Shown here piece by piece: positions 45,699 through 58,482 of a stretch of DNA of 64,000 bases. Positions within the stretch are counted from its first letter, which is position 1; each line of letters begins with the position of its first letter. This stretch comes from Paraspadella gotoi (taxonomy: Eukaryota; Animalia; Chaetognatha), in assembly GCA_051294375.1 (NCBI GenBank), contig CM119270.1, positions 12,620,497 through 12,684,496 on the forward strand. Direction: 5' to 3'. Below the pieces are notes generated by a model, which worked only from the letters and a program-made list of their open reading frames with translations, did not search any database and was not told the origin of the DNA. Made by a program: the position numbers and the translations under genes.

Positions 45699-48600
45699 AA
45701 ACTTTGTTTTACTTTAGTCCGTGGGGCCTTTAATGCACTCTAGTCGTAAAACGGTTGTCAGCATTCCAGATAGCAAAATTAATGACAATGGATAACTGGA
45801 CCAGTTCTGAATAGAAACTCAACAGTGCTATGAAACTTGAGCATAATTTTATTAAATTTAAATTGCCATGTAAGAGGATTCTTCATGAGCTCCTATCCAA
45901 CACGTATTGAGAAATCTCCACGCCCGATCCACTCCCTGTGCAAACCACCAGGTGAGATGGAGAGGACTCCGGCATTGATCATTTTTCGTGGGAGTGGTTT
46001 TTATTTGTCTTTTTGTGGATATTTGGGTTTGGTGATTTGCCAGATAATTTATTTCCTAATACAATTTTTTCTTATGATATTCTATAATCTCATTTTGTAC
46101 TCTCGGTTTTGATTTCTTATGCTCCTGTGAATTTCATTTTGTCTCCGCATCAAACCTTTCTAACTGACTGCTGCTGCATTCTAGATTTACCAGCTCGCTT
46201 CAAAGTCCGCAGCTTCTGCGCTCAGAAGAGACTATTTCTCTTCTTGGCTTATTAGACCCGGCGTCTATGCTCTTTTAACGCGTATGTTCAAGCGTTAAGA
46301 GCTATTATAGAGTGTTAGTTACGTCTCAAATATAATTTTTCTTGTGCAAATTCTTATATGCATTCCAATATTCACCGGAGGAGCGATGTATTATAATACT
46401 GTATCGTGTCACAGGATAATGAGCGAAACTATCTTCCTTACTGTTCTGCTCACAGTGTGGGTGGATTTTGATATGTAACTTATTATTCCAAACAGATAAG
46501 TTATCTGTGTCTATCTCCGTTTCCTTCGGAGTGGGTGTGAGTGTGTCAGCTTTTAATGAAGAGCTAGACGTTCTGTTTGGTTCATTTCATGGACATCGGG
46601 ACGCTCAGCTCAAGGGTTGGGAGCCCGTCAACGTCAGATCTATTTATTGCCGATGGCGTTTGATGGATCTTCCCTGCGTCTTTTGGACTCCTCATGAAGG
46701 ATACTTGTCGTCTCTGACAATTTGATGCCGTTTCCGAGGATCGCAAATCCGGCTCGCTCTTTTCAAGACAGCTCACTCGCTCTATGAGAGAAGCAGGGGC
46801 CGATTGCTCATTCTGTCCTTCACACATGCAGAAGGCCTCAAGTCTATCATTGCGTCTCTTCAAGCTTCTGGCGCAGATCCCGAACTTATTTGGATTGAGA
46901 GACTTGCTGCTCCACTCAAGGATGCAGCTTCAATGTCGGCGTTTTTCTTTAATTCAGCTTTGGCTGTAGTCTCGACGTCTGGTGGTGCATCTTGCTCCAA
47001 GGAGCTTAAAGATAAACTGACGGATTCGCCCTCCTTCTGTGGATTTTTATTTTGGGGGAATCGTTCGACCGGAGGATTTCTCGGCGGCTAGTCCATATCC
47101 ATCATCTTTTCAAGCTCGAGCTTTCGGCACCAGAAATAGCAGCAGATCCTCGCGGAAGCAGTTTGCTAAGTCCAGGGTTCGCTAACAAGCCTACTCGCAA
47201 GTCCGCGTACTTTAGGCGTTCGGGAAAGGGGGATGGAGCCGGCGTCCGAAGGACTCCCAAATGACCTCAAACTTCGACGACTCCACTTCGCGCGCCCCTC
47301 GCCGTGCCTGTCCCACTTTGGACATCAGACCATGGATCTGTCCCAGGAGCTCGATTTTGTCTTCTTCCGGCCCGTCTCCACACTTCACCGGTGGAGGACG
47401 CTTGCAAAACAACTCGTCCCAGTTGTTTGGGCGGATTGGTCGGACAGGATTCTCTATTCTTGCAAAAACGTGAAGGTTTCCTCATGTGCAGGCGAGTAAC
47501 GTCAAAGCACACCAATGGGAATCTGGGGCGACGTTTGATCGCGTTTTCGCTCGCGCGAGTTCCGTTTCCGGGGACGAGTGATCACTTGATCGCGTGAACC
47601 AGGAAGTAACTTCTTTCGGGTTCACAATTTTCCTTCGCAACTTCATGTTTGAAATCGAGTTGCCGATTTCTTTTTTTTAGAACCACACTTTACTTTGTCA
47701 TTTTGATTTTTTTTTTCCCCTTTTCCTTTTTTCTTTTTCCTTTTTTCTTTTTCTTTTTTGCTTTTTCCTTTTTTCTTTTTCCTTTTATATTTTCCTTTTT
47801 TTTCTTTTTCCTTTTTTTTCTTTTTCCTTTTTTCTTTTTATTTTTTTCTTTTCTTCTTTTTTTCCCTTTTTTTTCTTTCTTTTTTTCTTTTTCTTTTTTT
47901 CTTTTTCTTTTCCTTCTCCTAACCATAAGTAGCAACGAAATTCGGATTCACCCAACGCGTGTTGAACTCAAAGACTCAAAGACTCAAAGTCGTGCACTCC
48001 TCGTCGTTCATCGCAATCTCCATAGTTACATAAAATCCGTGTGCTCACGATGACGAAAAGATGATCGTGTTAATGACGGTAACAAAGATGATTATTGTAA
48101 CATTTACGATACAATGATGCTGATGATTATGATGAGAACGATGAGGATGATCACGATCGAATGATGAAGATGATGATTGTAATTTCCCCAAAATTTTCTG
48201 ATACAAAAACAAACGGAGAAAGAATCNNNNNNNNNNNNNNNNNNNNNNNNNNNNNNNNNNNNNNNNNNNNNNNNNNNNNNNNNNNNNNNNNNNNNNNNNN
48301 NNNNNNNNNNNNNNNNNNNNNNNNNNNNNNNNNNNNNNNNNNNNNNNNNNNNNNNNNNNNNNNNNNNNNNNNNNNNNNNNNNNNNNNNNNNNNNNNNNNN
48401 NNNNNNNNNNNNNNNNNNNNNNNNNNNNNNNNNNNNNNNNGATGTAGTGAGGGTGGGAAGGAACCCAAAGGGTGGTCGTCATCAAAGTTGAAAGTGGATA
48501 TAATGGAAGTCGAGTCGTTGTTGTCGTTCCGATGGATTTGATATTCGTTGATTGGGTCCCGGATGTAGGAAGGTAAAGGATACCGTAAGTCATTGAGGCC

Positions 48601-49601
48601 AACAGTTGAAAAATCTGCGCTAAAAATGTTCTCCAATGATTTTCATTTTCACCAGATCTTCCTCAGCATAATTTAAGGCTCTTAAGGGGTGGTCGATATC
48701 CTGTTTTAATTTCGAATATATTTCATTTGCAATTTTGTCTTTCACGCTCTCATTCCTTGCGCGGCGGGATTTTTCCTATCGTGCCTTAAAAATATAGACC
48801 ACAAGTATCTCCCGTTTTCTCAGTAAATGAATTTTATCCTCGCGTTAGATGTACATTACAACAAATTCAGTATTTTATTGTTTACATTCTAATCACAAGC
48901 GATGTTTTTTCTTAAATTCTCTTCTGAATCCGGTCTCTCTCTCTTCTCTCTCTCTCTCTCCTCTTCTCTCTCTCTCTCTCTCTCTACTCTCTCTCTCCCC
49001 TCTCTCTCTCTACTCTTCCTTTCTTTTCCTTTCCCTTTTTATCTCTTCTCGAATGCATCAGACTTTGAAGTTTGCTGATCCAGAAAAAAAAACTCTCCTG
49101 AGAGGAATCGGCCAAAACTGAGTTTTTGGGTTACGAAACACTTTCCTGGTAAAATCGTTATTAACTGATTTAAATACTTATAACTGTTTAATATCCCTAA
49201 TCTTATAACTCCGCCCCGTCTCTTTGGGACTTTTGAGAAAGGAAGCGGGGGTTTAACTTTTTTTGTACGGGGTTAAGGTTTAATTTTATTAATTCTCTTA
49301 TCGGCGGTTAAGAGATAGTATATAAATTCGCTTCGTACTCAATCCTTTTTTGTTTAAAGAAAAAGAAGAAAAGATATATTAAAAAAGAAGAAGATAAAAA
49401 AAAAAGAATAATATTCTCGAGTGCTTCGCGGTACAACTTCTTCAATTTCTCAGACTCGTCTGAAATCATTGATTTCGCACTTGATTCTCAGGACTATTAA
49501 CTTTCTCATTAACGAAATGAAGGAAAAAAATTTGATCGAGGTTAGAGACTACTCCCTTCCTTCGTTAGAAATAGCCTCTCTCTCTTCTCCTCTTCTCTCA
49601 T

Positions 49602-49652
<51 letters not shown>

Positions 49653-49834
49653 TCCTCTCTCTCACATCCTTGATCCAGTCGGGATTTCTTTTACCGGAAA
49701 TTCCTTATAATGTCCCTATTTCCTTTTTCCTGCTCCTCTTTTCAAATCGGCCCGAGAGACAAGAGACCCTCTCGCCTTTTCGGGGATCATCTGGTTTCAA
49801 AATACCATTTCTTGGTCTGTCTCCCTAATTTTGT

Positions 49835-49876
<42 letters not shown>

Positions 49877-49974
49877 TTCTCTCTTTCCCCTATCCCTCTC
49901 TATCTCGCCGGCCTCTATCCACCCTGCGTCTGCTCGGACTCGAAATCCTTTTCTACTGGTGAAGTCGAAAAATG

Positions 49975-50155
<181 letters not shown>

Positions 50156-51026
50156 ATAAGTTTTTTAGTATTAATTTTCATAACGATTAATCATTAAGCT
50201 AACTATCATTCGGATAATTTTTGGTTAAATAAAAAAAATATTATTATTAAAAGGATATTTTGTTGAATTCATTCTTTTATTCATTGAATAATGCATTCTT
50301 TAATTCCTACATTCATTAATATCTATTTTTATTGACTCGTGCATTCATGCATTCAGTTATTCATTCATATTTAATTTTTTTTTGTTTTAATTCATTTCTT
50401 TATTTTTGTATCTACTTAATTATTCATTGCTGCATTCATTCCTGCGTTCATTCCTGCCTTCATTAGCCTCGACGCCCGGTAAAGCGAAAGTCATTCAAAA
50501 AAAAAACCTCTTGAGAAAGGAATTAGAGATAAATTGTTTCGACCCCAACTTTTGCGGGTTACAGCTTCTAAGTCTTCAAAATATCTTAATTGACCCTAAT
50601 CTGCTTGGTAAAATCCTAAAAAAAAAGAGGGAGAGAGAGAGAGAGAGCGTGGAGTGAGTGTGTCAAAAATTTCAAATCTGAGATTTTTTTTTCCTTCTTC
50701 TTTTTGAATGATGTATCCATTCACTAACAGAGTGCACCGGAACTGTTCATTTGATCTAAACAGTTTGTTCACATGTATAAACCATCTTCATACGGAACCC
50801 GTAACCTAAAACCCCGGATGTTCGGTGTATCCAATTTCGCCGGGTCTCGCGTCTGCGACTTGGAAATGAATAAAAAAGCAGGAAATATCGGAGAGAGAAA
50901 AAAAATGAAGTAAAAGTAAAGAATTCTGGTTCGAGTCCGGGTTTTCCTTTTCGGAGTTAAAGATGTCCACCTGGTGAGAAAATCCACGGAGTCAAATCGA
51001 TCCCGGATGACGTCATCATCGTTCCT

Positions 51027-51060
<34 letters not shown>

Positions 51061-53379
51061 GGGTTCTCCTTTAAAGTCGTTGTTGTTGTTATTCGACTCA
51101 TCGAGATCTCAAGAAACGAGTTTCCACCCCGGTTCATGTCGTTTGACCAACTTGACTTTAAAAAAAATAAACAAAAGATAAACAAAAACCAAAAAGAATT
51201 TTGGTTCGTCTATTGTACCTTTTGTCTTTATCGTCATCGTCGTTGTCTTTGTCAGTGTGAAAAACTACCACGATGGGGAATTATGACGACACCATATGTC
51301 ATCAACGGTTTACAAAACTTTTATTATTTTATGATACCTGTGAATACACTACAGATTTTTTGGTTCATTAAAATATATCGATATACAACATTAAGTTTTG
51401 ACAAATGGTTTAAACTATGAAGACTCTTCCTACTACTACCACCAAAAATACGAAATATTAAGGTATTAAGGAAAAATAACCTTTTTTTTTAATTTTAAAC
51501 ATTTTTTCCCGTTCGTGGGAAAAAACATTTTGGGTCAATTTTTTTTCAAAAGTTCGTCAAAATATCCCGTTGAGCCTTGAACGTGCTTTGGCTCTCACTC
51601 CCACCTCCTCCCTCTCCCCTTCTCCTCCATTTATAAAAAAAAATGTCGGAATGTTTTTTCTTGGTTCGGATTATATCATAACTCATTTTCTGGACAGACA
51701 TCTCATTCGCCCGGCGTCTTTTTCCATTTCTCATTGGCCGAGCATTTTCTTATTTAACTCGACATTTCGCTTTTACTTTCTTTATTGTTTCCCGACTACT
51801 TTTCTTTTCTTTTCCTTATTTTTCATTTCTTTTCTTTTCCTTTTTGACCTTCCCCCACTTTCGCATTTTCCCAAACTCGCCCCTCGGGACGCCGAGACCT
51901 TTTGGCAAGATCGGAGTCCGCTCTCGGAACGAGGAAATTTTTAGACCTTGAATATCAGCTTAGTTGCGGTAAGGGTATCGATATATTTTTATACCAAGAT
52001 CGAGTTATTCGCTTTCCTTAACTTGAGACTTTCAAAACGGGAAGTTGCTTCAGTAATATGAACTATAAATTCCATGCAAACGTATTTACAGCCAATCTTA
52101 ACCTCGCATCTCCAGTGTTTTTTGTTTTCTAAAACCTTTGTCCTTTTGTTTTGAGATTTTTGCTCCATTTTTTGGCTCTTGTTACGTTTCTGGCGAATTC
52201 CGTTCGAGAGTAAGAAACAATAACAACGAAACATAAAACCCCAAAATTTTCCTGTTATTACGATGAAAACCTAAGAATTTACGTGGAAGAGAAAGGGACC
52301 AAGTGTTATGATCAACATTGGAAAAGAATGTAAGAAAAATCATATTCAGTAGCTATTTTTGATCAACTTTTAAAAAAAAATATACCAGAATATCAATGAC
52401 ATTTATTTATTCGTTACAGCATTTAATATCTAATAACATAAGGCATTTATAAACAATCTCATAAATATTTGTTCGATATTTTTCAGTTACAATCAAAACA
52501 CAACGAAAGAAAGGATTTAACAAAATAGTTACAATGTGATATTATTAGATCGTATCATGAACCACCTGATTTTAAAACCCATCAAGATCCAGAGACACAA
52601 AAAGAGTTTATTGTTTTGGTTAATAAATATTTGCCTCGTTTTTAGTTGAGTGGTTCATCCCACACCGAAGTCAAAACAACCTCGCGGTATTAATCATGAA
52701 ATACTACATGAGTTTTTGCCTACAAATAAGAAATTTTCACAAGACAGAAAAAGCGGGTTTTCGTGATGATTTTTTCTTAAGTTTCATTTCAGTCAAATAA
52801 CTTGAGATGCTTAATGTGCTTAATGTTTCATACTTTAGCAGTCATGTGATCATCTGAAATTTTAATCTCCTGAATAGTAATTGGAAGTTGCGTAATTCAT
52901 ATGTAGTACTGCGTCATTTTTGTTAATACTTGGCAGAAAGGTAAGGAATCATTAAATACTTGATACTGATGTAGTCACGTGACCATCTAGAGACTAGGTC
53001 AAATGATCTAAAGTATGTTTTATACATGTGTAGTCACGAGATTACACAGAAAGCTCACATCAGCGCAACACCTTGAAAATCTAACCTCCATGGAGCCATT
53101 AGAACCAGGTCAAAATGAGAATCTTTTAAAAATATTGAAAAGACCCAGCGCAATGAAAATCTCGAAAATGAAATGTAACTTATATAACAGAAGAACGACA
53201 AAACTACAAATAAGAACTCTCTCAAAATCTCCTCTGTAGCAGAGAGGAGAAACAATTAGAGCGCAACTAATTTTAAATATTTATAGAGGAGGGTCCCTCC
53301 TTTAATGTTATAATATGGTAGAATAATAGAACAAAGTTTTGAAGAGAGATTTAACAACGATTTTTATTTTCATACGTGA

Positions 53380-53421
53380 AACGGACATGTTTCGACTCAC
53401 ATACGAGTCTTCTTCAGCGCC
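53380..53421 (-). ncRNA. Minimal type I hammerhead ribozyme in the 3' pLTR
   Basis: ggcg-CUGAAGA-aGACUC guaugu GAGUC-GAAA-CAUG-UC^cguu; helix I GGCG/CGUU. Confidence 0.85.
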
Positions 53422-53459
53422 AATTCAATTTGTGAATTTGAAGAGAATTTTGTGCATAA

Positions 53460-53497
<38 letters not shown>

Positions 53498-53606
53498 AAG
53501 CAAAGTTTCCAACACAGAGTTTGAGAGAAAGGATAGTGTTCAGTTTTTTATTATAGGGACAGGTGATGGTGAGGAAAGAGATAGTTTGTGAAAAGAAATT
53601 GAAATG

Positions 53607-53642
<36 letters not shown>

Positions 53643-53859
53643 GAAGACAGACACAGTGCTTGAAAATATAATACATTATGAAATGTACAACAAAGTTAAA
53701 ATTTGGTAAACTTTAGTAATGAAATAAAATCAACAATTAACTTACTGTAATAAATTAGTGAAGTGAAATAGAAGTTCAGAAATGTGAAATATTTATTGTT
53801 AATGAGGGATAGCTAAGTAATTAGGAAAAAGGGAAATTTCAAGTAATAAGAAAAGCTCA

Positions 53860-54900
53860 AATGAGCTGGCTTTGGTTATGAACAAATGAAAGGCTAGATT
53901 GATAAGGTCGGGTCATTGGTGTGTCATTGGCTGAGAGGACAGGTTTGGTGGAGCCTACTTGTGCAGAGTTGGGGAGACTTCCTTGCGGAAGAAACCAAAG
54001 GCTTCTCGGATGTGTCTCTGGCCTGGTACGCCTGCCTACTGCCCTCTTTTGCCTGCTGGCAGTGGGGCTGTCCATTCTTGCCACTTTTTGCGACAGGAGT
54101 GGTGGTCTCCCCCTCTCCTCCTGCAGCCGTTGCTTTGGCGGCGCTCAGTCCACAGAGGAAGGGAATGAGTTGCTGCAGTTTAAGGAGAGGTATCGTCTGC
54201 CATTGCCTGCGCAAGGGTCTCCGCCTATCTCGTTGAGTGGAGATGGGGGAATCATTGTGCGGACGTGGTGGAGACGGGGCCTCCACCACACTTTAATAAG
54301 CGAATCATAGCTTTGGAGGGAGATCGAATCGTCCTCCATCACGGTTCAAAGAGGGCTCGAGGGCTTTTGATGTAAATTGCCTCTCTAATACCTCTTGAGA
54401 ACCAGCTTGGGTCATGGGGACAGCACGAGACAGTCTGATTCTCTGAATAGATGGCAGTATTAGCCGTGTGTTCGGCTATAGCAGATAGGTAGTGGCCTCT
54501 AGCGTCGCGATAGGGTCTCGTATGCTGCTGGAAGCGGTCTGTTAGAGACTTTCCTGCTGTGCAGGCTTGGTTGCCCGCCCCTGCACAGGCCGCCCCAATA
54601 GACGGCTCCTGATGTTTTCAGTCTTGGCGGATTTTATCTTTCGGTTCACCAATAGCTCACGCAGAGAGCCGTGGGCCGTCACTGAGGTGGAGATCCCCTG
54701 GTTTGCTAGCACCCGCACCAATGACTCAGTGATCCCCTCGGCGGCCTGAAGCTCGGGGGTCAATGGATTCAATGCTGCTCTCCTGGTAAGGGATCTGACC
54801 GTGGCAAGCTTGTGAGATAAGGGCGCAAGAGAGTCAAAGGGAATGTATTGGTCTGTGTGCGTCGGTTTGCGATATACTGAAAATTCCAATGAGGCGCCCT
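53860..54900 (-). pseudogene. Frameshifted Penelope RT C-terminal region + GIY-YIG endonuclease + low-complexity C-terminal extension
   Basis: [36 protein letters not shown]; [16 protein letters not shown]; SGAVYW (GIY-like; the YIG motif is missing); RFQQH...SAIAEH...RGIREAIYIK...LNRDGGRFDL...YDSLIK, spread across frames. Confidence 0.85.
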
Positions 54901-55157
54901 CTGCGCTGTATAACCACATCGAGCATTGGAATTGACCCATTCTGAGCTCATTTTGAGCTCTTTCTTATTACTTGAAATTTCCCTTTTCCTAATTACTTAG
55001 CTATCCCTCACTAACAATAAATATTTCACATTTCTGAACTTCTATTTCACTTCAAAAATTTATTACAGTAGTTAATTGTTGATTTTATTCATTACTAAAG
55101 TTTACCAAAATTTTAACTTTGTTGTACATTTCATAATGTATTATATTTTCAAGCACT

Positions 55158-55207
<50 letters not shown>

Positions 55208-55243
55208 ATGCACAAAATTCTCTTCAAATTCACAAATTGAATT

Positions 55244-55285
55244 GGCGCTGAAGAAGACTCGCATGTGAGTCGAAACATGTCCGTT
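55244..55285 (+). ncRNA. Minimal type I hammerhead ribozyme in the inverted pLTR
   Basis: ggcg-CUGAAGA-aGACUC gcaugu GAGUC-GAAA-CAUG-UC^cguu. Confidence 0.85.
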
Positions 55286-55385
55286 TCACTATGAAATAAA
55301 AATCGTTGTTAAATCTCTCTTCAAAACTTTGTTCTAATTCAAATCACAACGAAACAGAAAGGAAAAAACACAAGGTAGAATAATA

Positions 55386-56190
55386 AAAAATTAATATTTA
55401 TCGATTATTGTATAATTTTAAAATCTCTTTTAAAATAAAAAGATTAAAATCTTTAAAATGAAATGTAAGTTATTTAACTATCGTTTAAATTGACAATCAA
55501 ATCTTCTCTGTAGTAAAAAGGAGGAAAAGAATTTACCATGCAAAGAATCTAAACAAAAACCCATATATATTTTTTTTTCTTATTGGTTACACGAATTACA
55601 CCAAATACAACAAAACACTAAATATCGCCATAGTTTTGAACGTTTCTACAAATAAGAACAAATAAAAATTTTATATTTATCGTTTAAATTGACAATCATA
55701 TAATCTTCTCTGTAGTAAAAAGGAGGAAAAGAAGTGAACCATTTGTTTACCATGCAACAAAATTAAACAAAAACCTGTAGAAGATGAAAATACGGGGCCT
55801 CAAACCCATTTAAATTTTGTTTTCTTATTGGTTACACCAAATACACCAAAGACACCAAAACACTAAATATCACCATAGTTTTGAACGTTTCTACAAATAA
55901 GAACTCTGTCAAAATCTCCTGTGTAGCAGAGAGGAGAAACAATTAGAACGCAACTAATTTTAAACATTTATAAAGGAGGGTCCCTCTTTTAATATTCTAA
56001 TATTGCAGAATAATAATAATTTAATATTTATCGTTTAAATTGACAATCATATTATCTTCTCTGTAGTAAAAAGTTGGAAAAGAAAGTATTTACCATGCAA
56101 CGAATTTAAACAAAAACCCATATTTATTTTTTTTTCTTATTGGTTACACCAAATACACCAATTACGCCATAGTTTTGAAAGTTTCTAAAA
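55386..56190. repeat. Degenerate tandem array of ~200-350-bp units, continuing left of the Penelope insertion at ~53165-53328
   Basis: ATCGTTTAAATTGACAATCA...TCTTCTCTGTAGTAAAAAG...TTATTGGTTACAC...CCATAGTTTTGAA occurs three times. 55893-56015 matches 53205-53328. Confidence 0.8.
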
Positions 56191-56366
56191 TTAAAATTAA
56201 ATGTCTGACTCATAAATATCCACAAATCGTTGATCAAGTCAAATCCCTTCGTCTCTCGTCTCCAGCACATTCTTTTCCTTTTCTTGTTATGTTATCGAAA
56301 CATTTCTTGTTCACACCCACGCGTCAGATCAAAGGGAGATGAGAGTCGCGCACGCGTTATCGCAAC

Positions 56367-56436
56367 CAGGGATGTGGAGCCGGAGCTGAATCCGGAGCTG
56401 GAGCCGAGATAAAATTAGGTCGGCTCTACATCCCTG
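56367..56436. mobile_element. 70-bp hAT-type MITE
   Basis: 16-bp TIRs CAGGGATGTGGAGCCG / CGGCTCTACATCCCTG (1 mismatch); 8-bp TSD ATCGCAAC / ATCACAAC; internal GGAGC motifs. Confidence 0.8.
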
Positions 56437-57247
56437 ATCACAACCACGCATTAGGGCGTTGAAAAATAACGAAATATAACAAATCAAGTGAGGTACATAG
56501 CTATTTTAGCTGTAATAAAAGTCTGCTAGAATTCGATGAGATAACCATTTTTTGTTATAGTCTCATCTTCTTTGGTCGGAAATTGGGCGATTTTTGCAGG
56601 CATACAAGGTGCTATTAAAATGGAGCAAAACATTGTAGAGTACTAAGAAAACTCAAATTAATTAAGATTTTATAAAAGCCTATTTAACTTACATAATATG
56701 AAAATAAAGACCCATATAAATATTTTGGTAAGTTATTTATAAATTTTTATATTTTATTAATAGTTTTTTAGCTATATTTATTGATAAATAATAATAAAAA
56801 TAAAGCTAAAGTGAAAAAAATAAAAAATTTTTAAAATTTTAAAACCAGATTTGAATTCCTTACAAAAAGTTGATATAAGAAAATATAATCCATTTTAAAA
56901 AATTCTTTTTCATTAAGTAGGTTAAAAATATTAACAACTATTATTTTTATTTAATTTTTCAATTTTTTGGCTTAAAATTATAGTTTTTCTGAATTTTGAC
57001 CAACTTAATGACATAATTTTGATATAAAAATTATATTTCTTATATCAACTTTTTGCAAAGAATGCAAATCCATGAAAAAAATTTTGAAATTATTATTTTT
57101 TAACTTTAGCCCAATTTTTACTCATAATTATTAATAAATATAGTTAACTAACTTTTATAAAACATAAAATTTAGAAATAAACTTACCAAATATTTTTATA
57201 AATCTTTATTTTTATATTCAAAAGCTCATATAAATTTGATAAAATTT

Positions 57248-58482
57248 ATTTGGGGCAAAATGATTTTTGTTTCACAACGATTTTATTTAATCATAGAAAA
57301 CGTACATGTTTCGGCTTTGATTCAAGCCTTCTTCAGCGTCAATGATTGTGGAAATTTTGTACAGTTTTTGTGTGAAAGAACGGAAAGATAGAGAGAGAGA
57401 GAGAGAGAGAAGACGAGAGAGAGAGAGAGATGAGAGATGATAGGGCAAAGTTTCCAACACCAGAGTTGCGAAAAATAATTAGTGAAGTCAACGTGGTGAG
57501 GACAAGGTTAAGAATGAGACAGATAAGCAATTTTAGTTTTGAATTAAGAATGCAAATGGCTCAGCAGTGAGAGAGACTTGAATAGAGAGAGAGAGGAGAG
57601 GGAGAGGGAGCAGAGAGGAGAGAGACAGGGACGAGAGAAAATAATATCTACATTCAAATGTCAACAAATGAAGTTTTAAACTGTATTACAATTAAAACTA
57701 TTAATTACAATAAAAACTCGTGAAGGTGAAAATGAAAGTGAAAGTGAGAAGACACATTTAGTGTTAAGAATTGTTATAAAGTAGAAATAAGAAATTAAGA
57801 AAGAGCTCAAGTGAGCTCGGCCCCCTTCGGTTTGACAAATGAGAGGCTCGCGGCGATCGGGGCTGGGGCATGTGGCGTGTATTGCGTTGAGAGGACAAAT
57901 TTGAACCGAATAGTTATTGTCGGGCTAGGAGGCTTCCTTGCCGCGAAACTTCCAAGCGCACTCGAACATGCTCTTGCGCCTGATACCCTGCCAGCTGCCC
58001 TCTTCTCGCTGCTGACGAGTGGGCGGTTGGTCACGTTCTTGCCACTTTTGTGAAGCATGCTGGACCTCCCCTCCTCCTGAGCCGTCGTTTTGGCTCGACG
58101 GCCCTCGCTCCATAACCCAGAGAGCAGGATTGAGTTGCTACAGTCGGAGGGGAGGCATCGCCTGCCCATTGCCTGGTAGGGTCTCGCCTGTCACGTTGAT
58201 AGCAACAGGGGAATAATTGTGGAACGACGTGTGGAGGCGGGGCTTCCACAGCTTTTAATAAAGCGAATCATAGCTGAGGGAGGTCGAATCGATCTCCATC
58301 ACGGTTCAAAGAGGGTTCAAGAGCTTTGATATAGATTGCCTCCCTAATATAAATAATAAGAAGGCTTTGAATCCAAAGCCGAAACATGTACGTTTCTATG
58401 ATTAAATAAAATTCGTTGTGAAACAAAAATCATTTTGCCAAATACATACAACAACGAAAAAAAAAGAAAGGTTATTACACTA
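57248..58482 (-). mobile_element. Heavily 5'-truncated Penelope-like element with a short inverted pLTR
   Basis: Body 57810-58350 is homologous to 53860-54390 (IREAIYIK...LNRDGDRFDL). pLTR 57250-57800 is inverted at 58358-58442, followed by tail ACAACGAAA...GAAAGG. Candidate TSD GATAAAATTT (57238-57247 and 58483-58492). Confidence 0.85.
57299..57340 (-). ncRNA. Minimal type I hammerhead ribozyme (GUA cleavage triplet)
   Basis: gacg-CUGAAGA-aGGCUU gaauca AAGCC-GAAA-CAUG-UA^cguu. Confidence 0.85.

Larger units (their letters stand above)
53329..55373 (-). mobile_element. 5'-truncated, internally deleted Penelope-like retroelement with inverted pseudo-LTRs
   Basis: 12-bp TSD GGTAGAATAATA (53317-53328 and 55374-55385). 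pLTR ~53329-53870 is inverted at ~54945-55336, followed by a ~37-bp tail. Body encodes PLE RT C-terminus and GIY-YIG remnants. Confidence 0.9.
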
